Origin: Antedon mediterranea
Lineage: Eukaryota > Animalia > Echinodermata
Length of the DNA stretch: 64,000 bases
Direction of reading: 5' to 3'
Assembly: GCF_964355755.1 (NCBI RefSeq)
Contig: NC_092680.1
Coordinates: forward strand, 3,968,001 to 4,032,000
In this document: positions 21,451 through 37,000 of the stretch, piece by piece
Layout of the letters: every line of letters starts with the position of its first letter
How positions within the stretch are numbered: position 1 is the first letter of the stretch
Position numbers and translations under genes: made by a program
Notes under the pieces: model-generated
What the model was told of the DNA's origin: nothing
Seen by the model: the letters and a program-made list of their open reading frames with translations, nothing else
Database searches by the model: none

Positions 21451-24400
21451 ATTATTATTTTGGTTATTACCTCATTATATCTGTACTATATCTCTACACA
21501 TACCTGTCGAATATAAATTCTATAATACACAGTCACATATGTATCACATGTGACACCTATAATCATGTTATTGTTAGGACTACGTCACAGTGTACTGTAT
21601 GCAATACTGTTATTACACAATTTTCCATTATACTCTGAACAAAATGCTAGATACAGTACCGAGAACCACCAGTTTTAAGAAATTTCGGAAGTAATAATGC
21701 ATAATATGGAATAGTGACAAGTGGTATTGAACAAACCACAAAGGAAATAATCTAATTTCACCATGAATAAACTATGTAAAATTGACCTTCGCTTTGAAAT
21801 AAGAAAACAGGAAAGATACTTCCGATTGTTTTATTTTGGTTACCATTCTGTAGGGCCTACATGTTGAAATGAGCACATTTACTTGGAACTTATACCTCCA
21901 TGCTTGGAAAAACTTTACTAAAAACCCTCAAATGTGTGTCTTTTTTTCCAAAATTTTTAATCACACAACTCATGCACAATTGCGAACGGATTTATTCATG
22001 TGGCCAAAATTAATTTTAATAAAAATATACAAGAAAAAATACAAGAACAGGATTACAAGCAATATATCAAAACCGGGAGTTCTAAAATGGCCAAAAAAAA
22101 TTTAAAAAAATGTAACATTAACCAAAAAACATGAGATAGAAGATTAAAATTACAGTCATTACTAATTCAGATTAATTATGGCATAAATTAGGACACTATA
22201 ATGGCCCCAATATAAACGTCGACATAGATCGAATAGTTCGGAAAGGCAGCTTGTGTGGAGGAATTGTTTAAACTTTTGTGGTCGAGCTCAGAGCCCTGGA
22301 TTCGCACCCCATCGGAATCTTTTCAACTTTCACTCCCAATTTCAGGTAAAGGTAGTAGAAACAACATAATTAAAGAAAGAAGAGCAACAGTTGTAACAAA
22401 TATCAACAAAGACAATCAGATAAACTGAAGAAACATCAAAAGCCACAACAATTTATAATCCACTGTGGAACACATTACGTAATTACAATCTTTGAAGTAT
22501 GCAGAGCAAAGTAAAAAATAAGGAGATAACAAAATAGCCTAAAGAGGGCGACATGATATTTTGTACAGTAATTTTTTTTTATTGTTAAAAAAGTATACGC
22601 CCTTCGGAAACACCGACATTCTATAAATTAATTATAGTTTTGATGGTGATCATTCTAAATTAATAATATTACAAAAATGATACATTTGAATCATTAAACG
22701 CTTTATGAAGTTTAAACATATATAATATTAATTTTTTGATATTATTATTTATTTTGAAAACCATAACTTTGTAAATCATGACGGAAAATTCTGCATATGT
22801 TGAACACTGCCCTCATACGTTAAAGAACTTTTTAAATAGTCATGTGTCAACAATGAGGGTGCTGTTTCAGAAAAAATAACTTCTTTTGGTATACTTATCG
22901 TGGGTAAAATTTGTAAATGTAGTTATATTAGAAAGATAACCCAACAATTTTTTTTACATACTTTACGAGTCGGCTAAACATTATTTTAGATGGTGTGTGT
23001 TAGTAGTTTGTTTGGTGTATTGTCGGTTGGGATAGTGGTAGATAGTCACACATTGTATTTCAGGGTGTATATATATTAGGTGAATGATTTAAATTGTCAT
23101 TAAACTGCATCAGATAAAATTGGGTGGTTTGAATTGTGTACGAATGCATTATTGGTGGATGGTATGTTTTAATATATTTTTGACGGGTTTGGCTTTCCAT
23201 AGCACGTATAGACAGTGTTTGTACAGACGTTACGTGGTCTTTTTTTCCCACATAATAATTTCTAAGGATAATATCGGGTCAGACGTCTAGTGAGAATAGT
23301 GTAGATTGATGTGATCATAAAGCAACGAGTAGACATGTAGGCAGACATGTGTTATTTCGGAATTGTTGAGTGCTTGAATATACTAGTGTTTTGGCCTAGA
23401 GTTTGGGCCTAGAGTAAGAGTTTAAGCCTAGAGTCTATAGGCTTAAAGTAGGCATAGAGTCTTGTCCATTGATGTTAACTGATTTTTTTTGGCGAAAAGC
23501 AGATAATGTTATTTATCAATAAATTCCTGATGTGAATTAAAGTGAAAGTTTTAAACGATCTAATTTAGTTAAAGAAGTTTATCCCAGACCTAATCTTAAA
23601 ACAACAAAGAGCATTAAGCAGTGTGGTACCATCTGCGAGATTGATCAAAATAATGATTGTCCCTTTAACGACAGCGGTGTGATCAAACACAATTTACAGT
23701 CGTCGCTTTACAATTCGTACAATTGGAATTCATAGTCCATAAAATTGGTATTTAAGTTTCATAAAGGAAAGCGTCGTTTATACTGCCTTGTTCATCCGTG
23801 TGTAGAACGACTTCTAGGCCTAACAAAGGTACAACAAACATAGCACACCAAAACAGTATTATCAAAATTAAAGTGTTAAAAAATGTGTTATTTATCAATC
23901 ATCAATTATTGTTAAAATCATAATCTTGTAAAAACATCTTTTCAATATACTGGCAAGGCCCTACTGTCAATATTGTATATATACAGAATTTGCTTGTGCT
24001 TATACTGGGCATCAGATACAGAAAAAGTACAGTAAATCGAGTTCAACATCTAACCACACTTACTCCTAGGCCTAACATGAAATGTGCAACACACAGAACA
24101 CACCACAACATTATTTATAAAATGTTTCTTGGACTATCAATGTTAACACCGGAAGTTATTTATCAATCGATTTTCTTCTATTATCTAATCTGTTAAAAAC
24201 ATAATCGTGTAAAATAAATATCAACATATTTTTGTACAAACATTAAAAAATATCATACTAGTATCTATATAACATAACTAGTAATAATATCGCTATGATA
24301 GTTCACCAAAAACTATATTTTGTACAGCTTCATTTATATATTACATTGTATGTTCCATTAATTTCCAAATCTAGCCGTCTGTCGGTATAGGCCTGCTGTC

Positions 24401-27400
24401 TATAAGTATTTTATTACATAGTTTGCTTATGAAACAGAAACATTACAGCAAATCGGGTACAACGCATCTATAACCACATTAATTATGTATAACTAAGATA
24501 AGACGAATACCATTACAATTTATTGGTCAATGGTCTTTTAAGCTTCTATATTTTCTATAAATCTAACGCACATCAACGCTTATAAATTTAGATTTCGCCG
24601 GGAATTTCAGTTCATATCTAAGCTTACAAGTCTTATCTTGTAGAACGTCGCTTCCATCCTGTGTCAAAATGTTTCAACATTTATCGCTTAGGTTTTTATT
24701 AAAATGGGCTTCAGTTCAAGTAATTTCCTTATAATATGTTTAATTACAAGAAATATTTAAAGTCCTTTAACATTGTAAACACATTTCTATTGCTAGATCA
24801 ATAACGAACATCCGTAACACAAATATGTGTCTAATCTAAGATAATGATTTCGACAATGCTGGATAATATGTCGTTAAATAAATAATACATGATAATGACA
24901 ACAACACAGGATTCGATATCAAGTTAAGGTTATAATGATATTTTACTTTTCTTAAGTAATCTTCAGTGAATTAAGGCAGGGAAGAGTTAACTTTCCCCGA
25001 TTAAGCCTTATTTATGTGTTTAAATAAAAAAAAATAAAAACAAAATACAGTGTGTACAGTGTGTCCTTGTTGAATAGACCAGTCTGCTTACGTTCAACTC
25101 ATAAACATTCATTATTTGTTTACTCATTGATTGATCAATGTATCGATTACTTTGTTAACGATGTAAATCTCAAATTTATGCAAATACCATAAGACATCCA
25201 AGTACCCACTTGCAAACCTTTTATGTAAACTACACACCTTACCAATGTGCACAATAAAAAAGGAAGCAACCCGTTCTCAACCTTTCCACTCAAGAATAAC
25301 TTTGTGACTTAATCCATAGCTCACGGCACCCTGAAATCTAGCGTGTGTTGTATTGTCGATCATTAGTGACTTAAAAGGCAATTTCCGACATTGGTTCCAG
25401 TCGCCAAACAATGGATTCATTCGCGTATGTAAACATCAATTCTAATTCGTCAGTTTTTACTATTGTTAAAAATAAATCAATTTCGTTTGGCGGAAAGAAG
25501 AAATGAAAATGATCATGCATTCTATAATCTAATATTGACATGAGTAAGTTCATTTTAACGAAATGTTAAGAGGCTAAAGAAGCTTAGGAACCTTTTAAAT
25601 TACAGATCTAGCTTCTGATATTCTTCGTTGGGAATTACGGTATTCTTCCAATTATTATTAGGTCGAGTTAATGATAAATAAGGTAGGTTCTGAAGATGTT
25701 TTTACCAGTTTCTGAGACAAGTGTGATTTTTGTAGATGGATGTGGGTGAATATAGGGAACGATTAGGTATACTATGTTTTCAGGATAAAAAAAAAATTCC
25801 GTATTCTGTATAATCCAGAAGTTAGAAGGAATGTGTTCGTCATAATAGTTAAAAACAGAATCAGTATATAATATAGGCAATAGCAATACAAAGCAATTTT
25901 ATATAAGGTATAATCATCATGCGTACATTGTATGGATGTGAAACCCGGGAGGCAAATATGTAATGTTTACTGGGGTGGGACATAAACGCGGCTGACACAA
26001 AGGGGTCATCTGTCATCATGGGCCTCCAGCAGAGGTGTCTGGGAAGAGGACTCGATAGATTTCTATCGATTTATATATTATGTGTAAAATTGATTGATGT
26101 TGATTTCAATTATCTGGTTCATTCTGTATATATAAGGTATACAATGTAGCCTACAATTGTAAATACAGTAACAATCACCATTATCAATCATCTAAATCAT
26201 TGCTACATCCAAGTGGTGAATATGTAACATTTTTGGGGACCGGAAAGTCACAAACTGTTCTAAATAATGTTGTAAAGACACAATTTAGACACGATCAAAT
26301 AATAAAAATGATACAGTTCTTTTGTATATATAAAATGTCTTTCTTAATGTTTAACGAACTAATTCAAATTCAATTATATTCTTAAAGCAGCGTTTATGCA
26401 TATTATTTCGGCGCCGATAGGAAATTGTATTATTGTGAACTTACAGATCAAATTTGTTTTTAATTTGGAGTTACAATAAAACGCTTGTAATCTTTCTATT
26501 TCTGTAACAGTGGAACTACACATAGTCACTATTAAATGTTGATGATGAGTAGCGCCTGATCGGTATGTTTGCTATGTACTTCACAGTGTCAATATGTAAC
26601 CAGTATATATACCTTCGAAATCCGCTGTCATTGTTATCACTTAGTAATTAGGGTCACCTTTGGATCTTAAACAAACTCATTCCTTTCAGATTTATAACTT
26701 TTTATCACTGCAGTTCAGACGAATTGTTATTTGATGGGAGTGTACATGCTTTCTTTCAGAGTATGATCACGGAAAAAACCGGTACGAGGTAGCCGTTAGA
26801 GGGAGGAGATTCAATTCACAGAACGGCAAGTAGTTGATCCTCCGTTCAATGCTATTAGCCAATGAGGTGTTGAAGAACCGTAATCAAATCTCAACATAAT
26901 ATGCACTGATTATACGTTGAGTGGGAATGGAATATATTACACTTTATGAACTTTATTAAAGAAGATAACCACGAAAAGAAGACAACTCTATCGGAGTCTT
27001 ACAAGCAAACAACGCGAATCAATTTTTATCATCTTTATTTGGAAACTGAAAATTATGTTCTGTTTTTGAACTTGACGTTTTTCTTTTTATGGATCATTGA
27101 TATTACTTACCACGTAATTTTTATAATAAGAGTCAGCGATTCAGTACACTTCAGTCGACCAACCTGACACACTAGTAGCTTCTGTCGTCATAGCATTTTG
27201 TTAACAACGAAATCGAGAGCGAACAAATCAGAGGAGACGTGTGCTCCAGTTCCCCTTGTACAAACGCTTGGAAATAAGGGGCTTTGCGACCCTTGGGGAA
27301 GGGTCTGTTTGGTGTTCATGTCAATTTGAGACCAAATAACGTATATCCGGAAATGCATTATTAACCGTTTTTCCTGATCACGGCGAAATAACTTAAATCA

Positions 27401-27943
27401 AAGTGACTTTGGTGCCAGCGACGATTAGCGAAAACAACATTTACTAATGGGAAAACATATGAACATGCTTGCCTAAATATGTTTCGGAAATCGGTAACAT
27501 TTCGATAGGTCTAATTTATCTCAGTGTACGCGTCCCACTGTGCGTTGGGAACGCGTTACATGCCATATCTAATTGTGATTAGATCGTCTGAGGTATTCCC
27601 AAATTCCATGTTCAACTTACCGTACATAAAAAGGAACCACAACAATACGAACACTTTTTACATAGATATTTTGAACCACCTGTTGCTTAAATATATTCGG
27701 ATGTCTCACTTGCATATCTAACATCACTTTTATGATCTTATCGTTCGATTGAGTCATTATAAACAAGTATCAACATTATTTTATTGATCATATTTTTCGA
27801 CAGGTGAACTGAAACAAAAGCGTCAAACCTCTGAATGGATCCTCTATCAAATAGGTTTCTATGACAACTAGTACGCACTCTGAATTGTGTCAATTAATTG
27901 CTATTTAAACGGCGATAGTGTAGGATATATACACTAACTCATC

Positions 27944-28025
27944 ATGGAAATACGGAGAATTATCTTGGTCTTTCAACTGCTAATAATGGTGTTAGTTAAT
28001 GATGCGAAACGGTCTAAAACGAACA
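27944..28025 (+). CDS. RSPO: R-spondin coding exon 1 (signal peptide)
   Basis: MEIRRIILVFQLLIMVLVNDAKRSKTN, then A|GTAAGT. Phase 1 fits exon 2. An upstream TTTTTCGACAG acceptor at 27803 suggests a 5' UTR intron. Confidence 0.8.
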
Positions 28026-31000
28026 GTAAGTGTGCTATTTGTACTATTTTTAGGATTCAACTATGAAAAATTAATATAATTCTTTATTTCAAATGATCAG
28101 TAAATTGTATTTGTCCAATAAAATTACTGACAGTATGTAGTGACAAATTACCGTATCAAAAACAAGAAAGTATCAATTAGCATTTCCTGTGGTAATTATT
28201 ACAGAAAAATGAAAAAAAAAAAGAATGGAAAATAGATGGTGTCTTTATATATCTACAACAGTAATGCAAAGGATTAGGTATACATCCTATACTTGAAATG
28301 TATGTTTAATTTTTAAAAACATTTTTGAAAACTTCAGGCAAATGCTTTAGTATTTCGGTTGGGTAGACCTTTTTAAAAGATAAGCGAGAGAACTGTCCCA
28401 TTTCGACAGCCGTGCTTTATACCAATTATCATCATCTAGGTCTAGATCATGGTTAATTGACTTCTACTTTTTTTTTTGGAATGTGACACATCTCTATTGT
28501 TTCATTACAACGTTTATTTTTAATGACGTTCAAAATACAGTCAATTTAAAATAGCAATACACAGTTTTCTAAATATACAGTTTATATTTAACTTTTCAAT
28601 TAAGCTCTGTCTACACTATCAAACTTGAACTGACAAAAATTGTGATGTCATATCACTACCGTACTTGGGCATATCTTTAACCTATTTGGGAACATCACTT
28701 TTTTTTGTCAAACTATTTTGATAGTGTAGACAGAAATTTATACATTTTAAAAACACTGACAATTTTCTTTCGATAATCTATGATTCTAGTTCACCATAAC
28801 TACGGTAATCGTCAATTAGGTTATTATTTAGTTTAAACGGTCTGATAACGATCGTTGTACCACAATTTCATGTTGTTTACTTTTTCAATTATTTCCGCGT
28901 TGGGGATACCAGACATGTATGAAACAGACGTACATGAAAAACCACTGTCGCGTCCCACTTTCACCCGCGTAAATCGAATTTCTAAAGCTCTGTCTACACT
29001 ATCAAATTGTATGTGACAAAACATGTGATGTGCCCATGTATGGACATGATGGTGGCATTCATACCACAACCATATTTAAGCATATCACTACTATATTTGG
29101 CCACATCACACTTTTTTGTCAAACTAGTTTGATAATGTAACTTAAGGGTGTTTAGGCATACACATCCATACATTTTGGTACGACTGCGAAACTCGAAAAT
29201 TCCGTGTCAAACGCTAAGTTGGCGAAGCAAGTAGGCCTAAGTCTAGACAAAAGAGAAAACCTACGTTATGTTTAATATTATCGAGCAGAATTCGAGCAAA
29301 CACAAACACAAGTAGCCCTAACGATCGCCGCTGGATTGCTATGAATTCCTACACGATTCAGTTAATAATTTCCTGTCTGTTGATTGGCCATTGATGGTTT
29401 CCTTCATACACGATAAAAGGCCAACAAACATGCTTACGCGTGTCACTGTCAACAAATACCACAGGGTTATTAACTTAAACTCAAACCATTTCTTTGTATG
29501 TTTCGTCATATTTAATTAACAGTATCAATGGATACAGTTATTCGCTATTACAGATTGCTAATGAACTTACTGAATACTGTCTAGGACGTTATTCTCGATC
29601 AAATTAACTTTTGAATGACCGAATTGTTTTAGAATTTGCTAACGAATGTAAAATGTTCGTCTTATAATCATTTCTAGTTTTGTATTCGCATGTTTGATGA
29701 AGTTACGTCCTGTTGAACAATTGAAGCATTGTCTTTAAACTAATAACTTGCGCATTACTAAAAATGATTCATTGTTTAGACCATTGAGAACAGTTTTTTC
29801 TTTATTGTTCAGACACGGGTCTGTTGTTATCCAAGTCACGTGGTTCAAGTAAAGGAAACAGACTTCACTAATAATCAGTCAAATATTGATTTAGTCATTG
29901 TTGTCATAACATTGTGAGCCTAAAAAAAAAGTAAATCAATGAAATTAAACCAAATCACATACAGTTTTGTATTCGATACGACGCTTGTAGTATATGCCTT
30001 GATTGTATATTGAACTCCGTCTGAATGTGCATATTACTTGTATAGTTTTTCCCAGTTTATTAGTATTTAGGCCTATATAATGATATTCTCTAATATAATG
30101 AACCAATTTAATTTACAAATAAAAAAATAAAACATACATACAAACACACAAAATCGTCATTTATTTAAATATGTATTTACCACAAAAAACATGAAAAATT
30201 AAGATTAATTAAATCAGACTTTGAATGATTATTTTATAGTTTTAATAGAGTTAATCACTTCCGTAAAAAAAAAAAAAATGTTTTCTCATAAAATGACAAA
30301 ATAAATGGTCAAATTCAACCAAAATTCATTGGCAGCCAATTTTTTCCATTTTTTCTCAGGTAAATACATTTTTTCGATTAATTTTTTGCTCAAAGTGGAT
30401 AACTATTATGTGACATTATTTAAATGGCATATTTAACAACAAAAATTAATACATCTTTAAGCCATAACCAGGTGGCACATGCCTGATTTCATATTTTACA
30501 AATATACAAATTGTACAAAAAATAGAATAGGACGATAAAAAGTGTGAAACGTGTATAAAGCGACGACTTAATATTACCCAATGTAATCGTTTAATACAAC
30601 AATAGGCCTAACTGATGTAGTGCTTTATACCTTGCTTAAACATTACATACAAACTTAACATTTATCCTAGAAAAAAAGAAATTAAAATGTTTCGTTGCCA
30701 AAATATCAAAACATGATTAATAGCACACAGGGGTACAAAAAAACGAATTAAAATGATTGTCTTATATTACACTACGAGTGATATTATACACTACGGTTAT
30801 TTTCTATCACATTTATATTTATGATCGTTTATAAGGGCTAAAGGTCATATTGCATGTTTTTATAGTCAGTTCGTCCCACACCAAAGCAAGCCTTAATGCT
30901 ATAATAACAATGAAATATGTAGGCCTATAATTGAAGCGCGTTCACAAATATAGTGTTCTTAAACTATATATATATCAAATAAGGACTTAGATAACGATTT

Positions 31001-34000
31001 CTATAATGATTGGTCATTTGCATCGCTTTCGCTAGTCACTTCCCTAAACACCACAATAAGCCAAAACAGCATCTAAAAATGTATCCTAATTTAAATTGCG
31101 CCTAATTCTTACTGATTATCTTCTTATATTAAGTTTATGGAAGATATAGAAGTCGTTATATATCAATTTGTAAACATTATTATTCTTACAAAGTTCCTAT
31201 GCCAATAATTTATACAAAATATTGAAAGGGTCAAAATGTTATCACCCCAACTCGACATAAATGTCACCCAGCAGTTGAAAAATATGAGGGTAAGCTAGTA
31301 AGAACACAGTTATGCGTTCGAATCATAAATAATAACATAATATCGTTTTACATAATGCATATCTGTTGATAATATAAACTATGGAGAATTGGAACTGACA
31401 AGGGAAGAAGAAAATTAGCTAGGCATACAAAGACGCTGCTGTCTGCCCCTCGTACCCCGACAAAACAAATCAAGCCGTATAGTATGAGGCCTAGCAACTA
31501 TAACTCAACAATTAATGTTGAACTCACTGGGAGTACTGTGTAAAGACAAGAAAGTTTACGAACCTTATTTAATTCTAGGTTCTACAATACTCTAGAGTAT
31601 TCATTATAATAGTCATGATGTAAGTTTAGATTAAGAACATCAGTTCAAATTAAAACTGATGTCCTATAAATAAAATAAAAACCAATGTAACATAAGGTTA
31701 ACATAAATATAGAGTAGACAAAAAGACGACAACGTAGGATTCCTAAGCGGTCATCATCATACATTTTTTTAAAGCATACAGGACACACAGAGACTTTTAC
31801 GCGGATATTATTGATTTTGTCTCGCCTACTTTTCGGGGGGGGGGGGGGAGGTGGTTTGCTAGGCCTAGACCAAATAGTCGCCCTAATTTCTTTCTACACG
31901 TACGATATACTTTATCTAGCTCATTCTACAATTAGGCCTCCAATCACAGGCAAACACATAAAGTAATCACATATTATGTATTTTTTAAGTCAACTTATTT
32001 CTCCATGCCTAATAAGCTGACTTTTACATAATACAATATCAGTGAATTTGCATATGGTGGACATAGCATAATGTGGAGATAACAATGACAGAATCAAGGA
32101 AAATGGCGGCGATTTTATTTACTTTTTGGAGAAGTTAATTAATGATGGGAAAGTACAATGAACAGGCCTACTATTCATTAACGAAGTTTGTGTTTCTATG
32201 GGTATTGTACATCACGTTCTAGGGTCGAATAACAATGATAAGACATCACAAAACACGTACAATGTATCGTTGGGCTAAAATAAAAATTAACTTTGAGATC
32301 TGACGATATAAGGTAAAGCAACCTATTCACACGATTTGTGAATGTAACTGTCGTTAGTTGAGCACATGTGTTTCCACTAGCAGTACCTGCATCCGAAGTC
32401 GTGCCAATAAATTCCAGAGAGGGTCGCCTTTTCCATAGACATTATTCCCCGAGCACGTTCTCACGAGCATTACTCAGGACACGTTGAAAAACGCGAATCG
32501 AGTGTGCTATCATTCTCATTGCATGAGCGACGGAAGAAATTCAAAATGAAAGCTACGTTTTACTAATGCTAAACAACTTATCAATTGGCCAGCAAGTGAC
32601 GATTAATATTGTAAAGAAATCACAAAGGGGTGTAAAATTACTTGACAAAAATAACGATACAACTTATTAAATGATGAATGATTTAGTGTAGGGCCTACTC
32701 GACTCATGAATTGTAAAACATTATTGTCACGCCCTTTGAAATAAAAAAAGGTCACTGTTTACTTCATGGTTTTAATCTTGTCGATGATATTGTTTATGAC
32801 GTTAATGTTTATTAGTATTGTATCTTAATTATTTTTTGTCATTCGTATCTCATGTGGCTGATGATAAGATCCTAATAACATAGGCAATCAAATCCCACAA
32901 TGGTCAAACGGTAGGGTACCGTACCTGTTCACAAAGTAGACAAGTCTGAGTTCGAATCTTGGTTGGAACGATTAGTGCTTTTCTTCTTCTTTTTCAGTTA
33001 ACCCCTTTTTAACGTAGCCAAGTGGACCGACATATTTATTGTTACTCGTACGGATTAAAGCATTAAGCTTGGTTACTACTAAGACGCAACCCAAGGACGT
33101 AAGCGCAACGTAAGTAAGTTGACCAATCGCAAGCGATGGATTATCCGAACTGTCGATTGTCATTGGTCAATTCGGTTGCGTTGCACTTATGTCATTGCAA
33201 TCATCACCGGTGCAATCATAGACCCGAATATATTATTTATTAAATCGGCTATACTGTATTCAATTTTGTCCGTGTTTACACACAATCATCAAGTTGTTTC
33301 CGAAAGTTAAGTGAATGCTGGGTTAAAGCAAAAACTTGTTGACACCCACTCGCTGTGTAACTCGCATTTTTATGAGGTACTCGGTAGAGCAAGAGCGTTT
33401 ACTTAAGGCCTAGCCCGTCTACTCTCCTCGTCCATGTTATCATTGTGTAAATATGATTTATAGTAACGTAATAAACTATTGTACTGTATTAAGATATTTT
33501 GGCTGGCGACGACGTCACTTCCAATAATTCAAAGAATACTTATACAATACAAATACACATTTTGTCGTTGTTTTCCTTACGAATTCCATAATTTGAGGGT
33601 TTATTTTTAATTGATCAAAAAATGCGTATTTCATTTTTCTATTCGGCAATGTCAACTCGCGTTGGCCTATCGTGTGTGGCATTTACAAACAATTTTGACA
33701 AATATTTATAACCGTGGGTCTCATTTGCAAATTTATGACTTAAGCAATTGTTATGATTATGAATTATAGAAGTAATAATAGAAAGTAGGTCTATGTATTA
33801 TATTATGTAGCCATACTCTCAAAAGACTTACGGGATACGACATTAATAAAGTCAGTGAAATTGAATAATATTAATATGTCATCACCTCTGCTAGCCACAT
33901 GTCGACCATGTCGGATACTCTAGTCTTATTGTTATTCTGTTATTGTTATGCTGTTATTGGTCTTCAGAATATGTGTTGTGAATCTGTTATTCTATTTAAT

Positions 34001-37000
34001 ATACACATGTTACATTATTTGCATGTGCACATGCTCAATGTACACGTCATGTTCACACGTGCACATTCAAATGTTCACGTGTACATATTCAAATGTTCAC
34101 GTGTGCACATTCACATGTTCACATGTGCACATTCAAATGTTCACGTGTGCACATTCAAATGTTCACGTGTGCACATTCAAATTTTCACGCGTGCACATTC
34201 ACATATTCAAGTGTGCACATTAAAATGTTCACGTGTGCACATTCAAATGTTCACGTGTGCACATTCACATATTCGTAATATTCACACATTTATATAATAT
34301 TCACATGTGCATATATTCACATGTACACATATTCACGTGCACATTCAGATGTTCATATGTTCACACATTTATACATTCACATGTGCAAGATTCACATGTG
34401 CACATTCACATGTGCACATATTCATATGTTTACATGGTCACTTATTTAGTTTAGTAGGCCTAATTCTCTAATTAACAAGGTTTGGTTGAGGAAGCTTGAT
34501 AATTGTTAAACTAATATTCATGTTTCAGTAATTAATGAGACGTTTTGTTTGTCTGTTATGTATCAGAATTTGGAACTACATTCTACTAATGTAATTAAAC
34601 ATTGATGTGAATTGTTTGGCTAGTCATATCCGTTGCGTTGGAGTAATAATTCCCCAATGTTTAAATTGCTTAAGACAAAATACGGTATCACTTCAAAATA
34701 TAAATAATAATAATATGGCCCACTTCATGCATTTTTTTTCTCGAATGAATACAATACTTTTAAAGAAACCTCAGACAGTGATGAGCCAGTCCAAATATAC
34801 GCCTACAGTAACCTGCTGTAGTGGTCAGCAGGGAAAAAATTCATTAAAACATTTTGTTTAGCAATATTGCTAATCAAACTGATTTTGAAGTCGAGAAACA
34901 TAGTTTTGTATTGTATTTTTTGCTACACAATTTTAGAAATGTGTAGTAATAAGGTTGTTTTGTATAGCTTTTTGCTATGCTACACTGGCGAAAATGTTCC
35001 CTGGTCAGATACCTACCAATTTCTCCAATACTGTAATCACTAAAACATGGATAAAATCTGATAGGTTGTCTTTATTAGAAAATGCTTGTCGTCCCAATAA
35101 CCCTCATTTGATGAACCTTTCTATGTGAAAGTTAAAAACGGGTCCCGGTCTTAAATGACTTGCTATAAGTGATTCTCTCTCCCCATTATGCTTAACTACG
35201 AATTTAACAAATATAAAGCTATAACATATCGTGTCCAGTTGTCAACTAAGTACTTACAAAAGTGGAAGTTTGAATGGTCATTGGAATATATTTGGTTAAA
35301 TCTCTAATCCTGTAACCGATGGTATAGGGACTCTTAAGGTCAGATGGCACACCTAATCAAACAGTGTAGCTGCTCGGTTCGATGATACTTCAACCTGTCG
35401 TTAAGAGTTTGTATGAAAATGTAAATTTCAAAAAAAAGTTTTACTTGCTGACGAGAAGACATATTTTTTGGAAAAAAGAAACAAAGTTGTTATGAATCAT
35501 TTTTGCTCTGTAAAATGCAAAAGAAAAGTGTGTTTTTCCGTAAGATATTCCCAAACACAAAACATTATTAATTTTAATTTTATGTTTACAAAAAAATATA
35601 ATAATAATAATAATATTAACCAAAATCTGTTTTCTACAGAAGTCAAAAATACAAAGAATGTTGAAAATTTCAGGTTAATACCAATATTTGAAAAATTATT
35701 ATTCAAAATAGAACGTTAAGAGATTAAAATGAAAATTACAAAAATATAGGTCGATGATTTGATATCGTTTATTATCATTCATTGGGTATTACAAATGCAT
35801 AATTATATTAATATCAAACGCATAAAGACAATCAGTTTTAGATTAAAATTATGCTCAACAACATAATGATGTTTACAAATTACATTAAGGATTATCGAAT
35901 AAAAATAAATTTTTTTATAGTAAAATGATTCACCCCCAGAGGCAACGACCCAGTTTTTTCCCATAATGATTGTATAATCTATAAATGCACTATTATGTTT
36001 AGAGAACTGATTTAATACTTCGTTAAATAAATTTTATCTAGTAATATTAATATACTACTAAATGTATAAAACGATATTAAAGCACATCTTGACTGAGATT
36101 CCAAATGACGTAATCCAGTGTTTCCTTCTTATTTCTAAATTACGAATAATCCTAACCACATACAGGATTGGGCTGGCATAAATGCATAATACCGTACCAC
36201 GCTAAAGGTGTTATAGAGTCGTTTATCCAATCAAATTTGAACAATACTATGAAAAGCCCCAGACTTGGATGTCTGCATATTGAGCAGAATGTTTCTGGTT
36301 CGAATCTCAGTTGGAGTCGATTAATTGGTAATTCAAAAACGTATTCCAAGATTATTAAAAAGAATATTAAGAGGTTATTTTTTTCCAGATGGTGACCTAA
36401 ATATCTGAATATTGTATCCGCACCACCATCCGTTACATATCTGCGCATGTTCAAACACCAATTAGCATAGTGTTGCGCAATCAAACCACCTAATAATAAG
36501 GCCTACACATTAACTTTTTAACATCAAAGATTGAAATAGATCATTAAACATTTGATATAATACTGCCCAATAAAACAAAGCAGAATACCGTTGACATATT
36601 AATATTCTCTTAACTTGGTATTATTAATATTATGAATGATAATCAGATGTGTATCTGATATTGTTATGTTTTCTTTAAATTTTAAGTTTTTTGTTTTGTT
36701 GCTAAAATAAGGTATCACCACAACGCGCATGGATAGTGTCAGTCGCTGACAGTATTATAAAATCGTTCGTGGCCGAGAACTATCAAACACGTTTAACGTT
36801 TAAAGCTTAAACATTCGTGTAATATTATTATCTACAAGTAAAAACGTTAATTCTACCAAACGAATAATTCCGTGTCTGTGATATATGCGATAGATGAGAT
36901 ACGTTATTTAACGCTTGTGGATCAAGTACAAGTACTGGTAAAATATTGTTTTAGGCCTGCTCTTTCTGTTAACAAAATGTCGTGCCGTCAAAACGCGAAA

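Noticed and set aside
27397-27403. TCF/LEF-type ATCAAAG sites near RSPO (also about 36523 and 39048) suggesting Wnt feedback
   Set aside because: This 7-mer is expected many times by chance in AT-rich DNA, and no clustering was seen.
33899-34454. Overlapping His/Cys-rich ORFs
   Set aside because: Produced by the 22-bp minisatellite.
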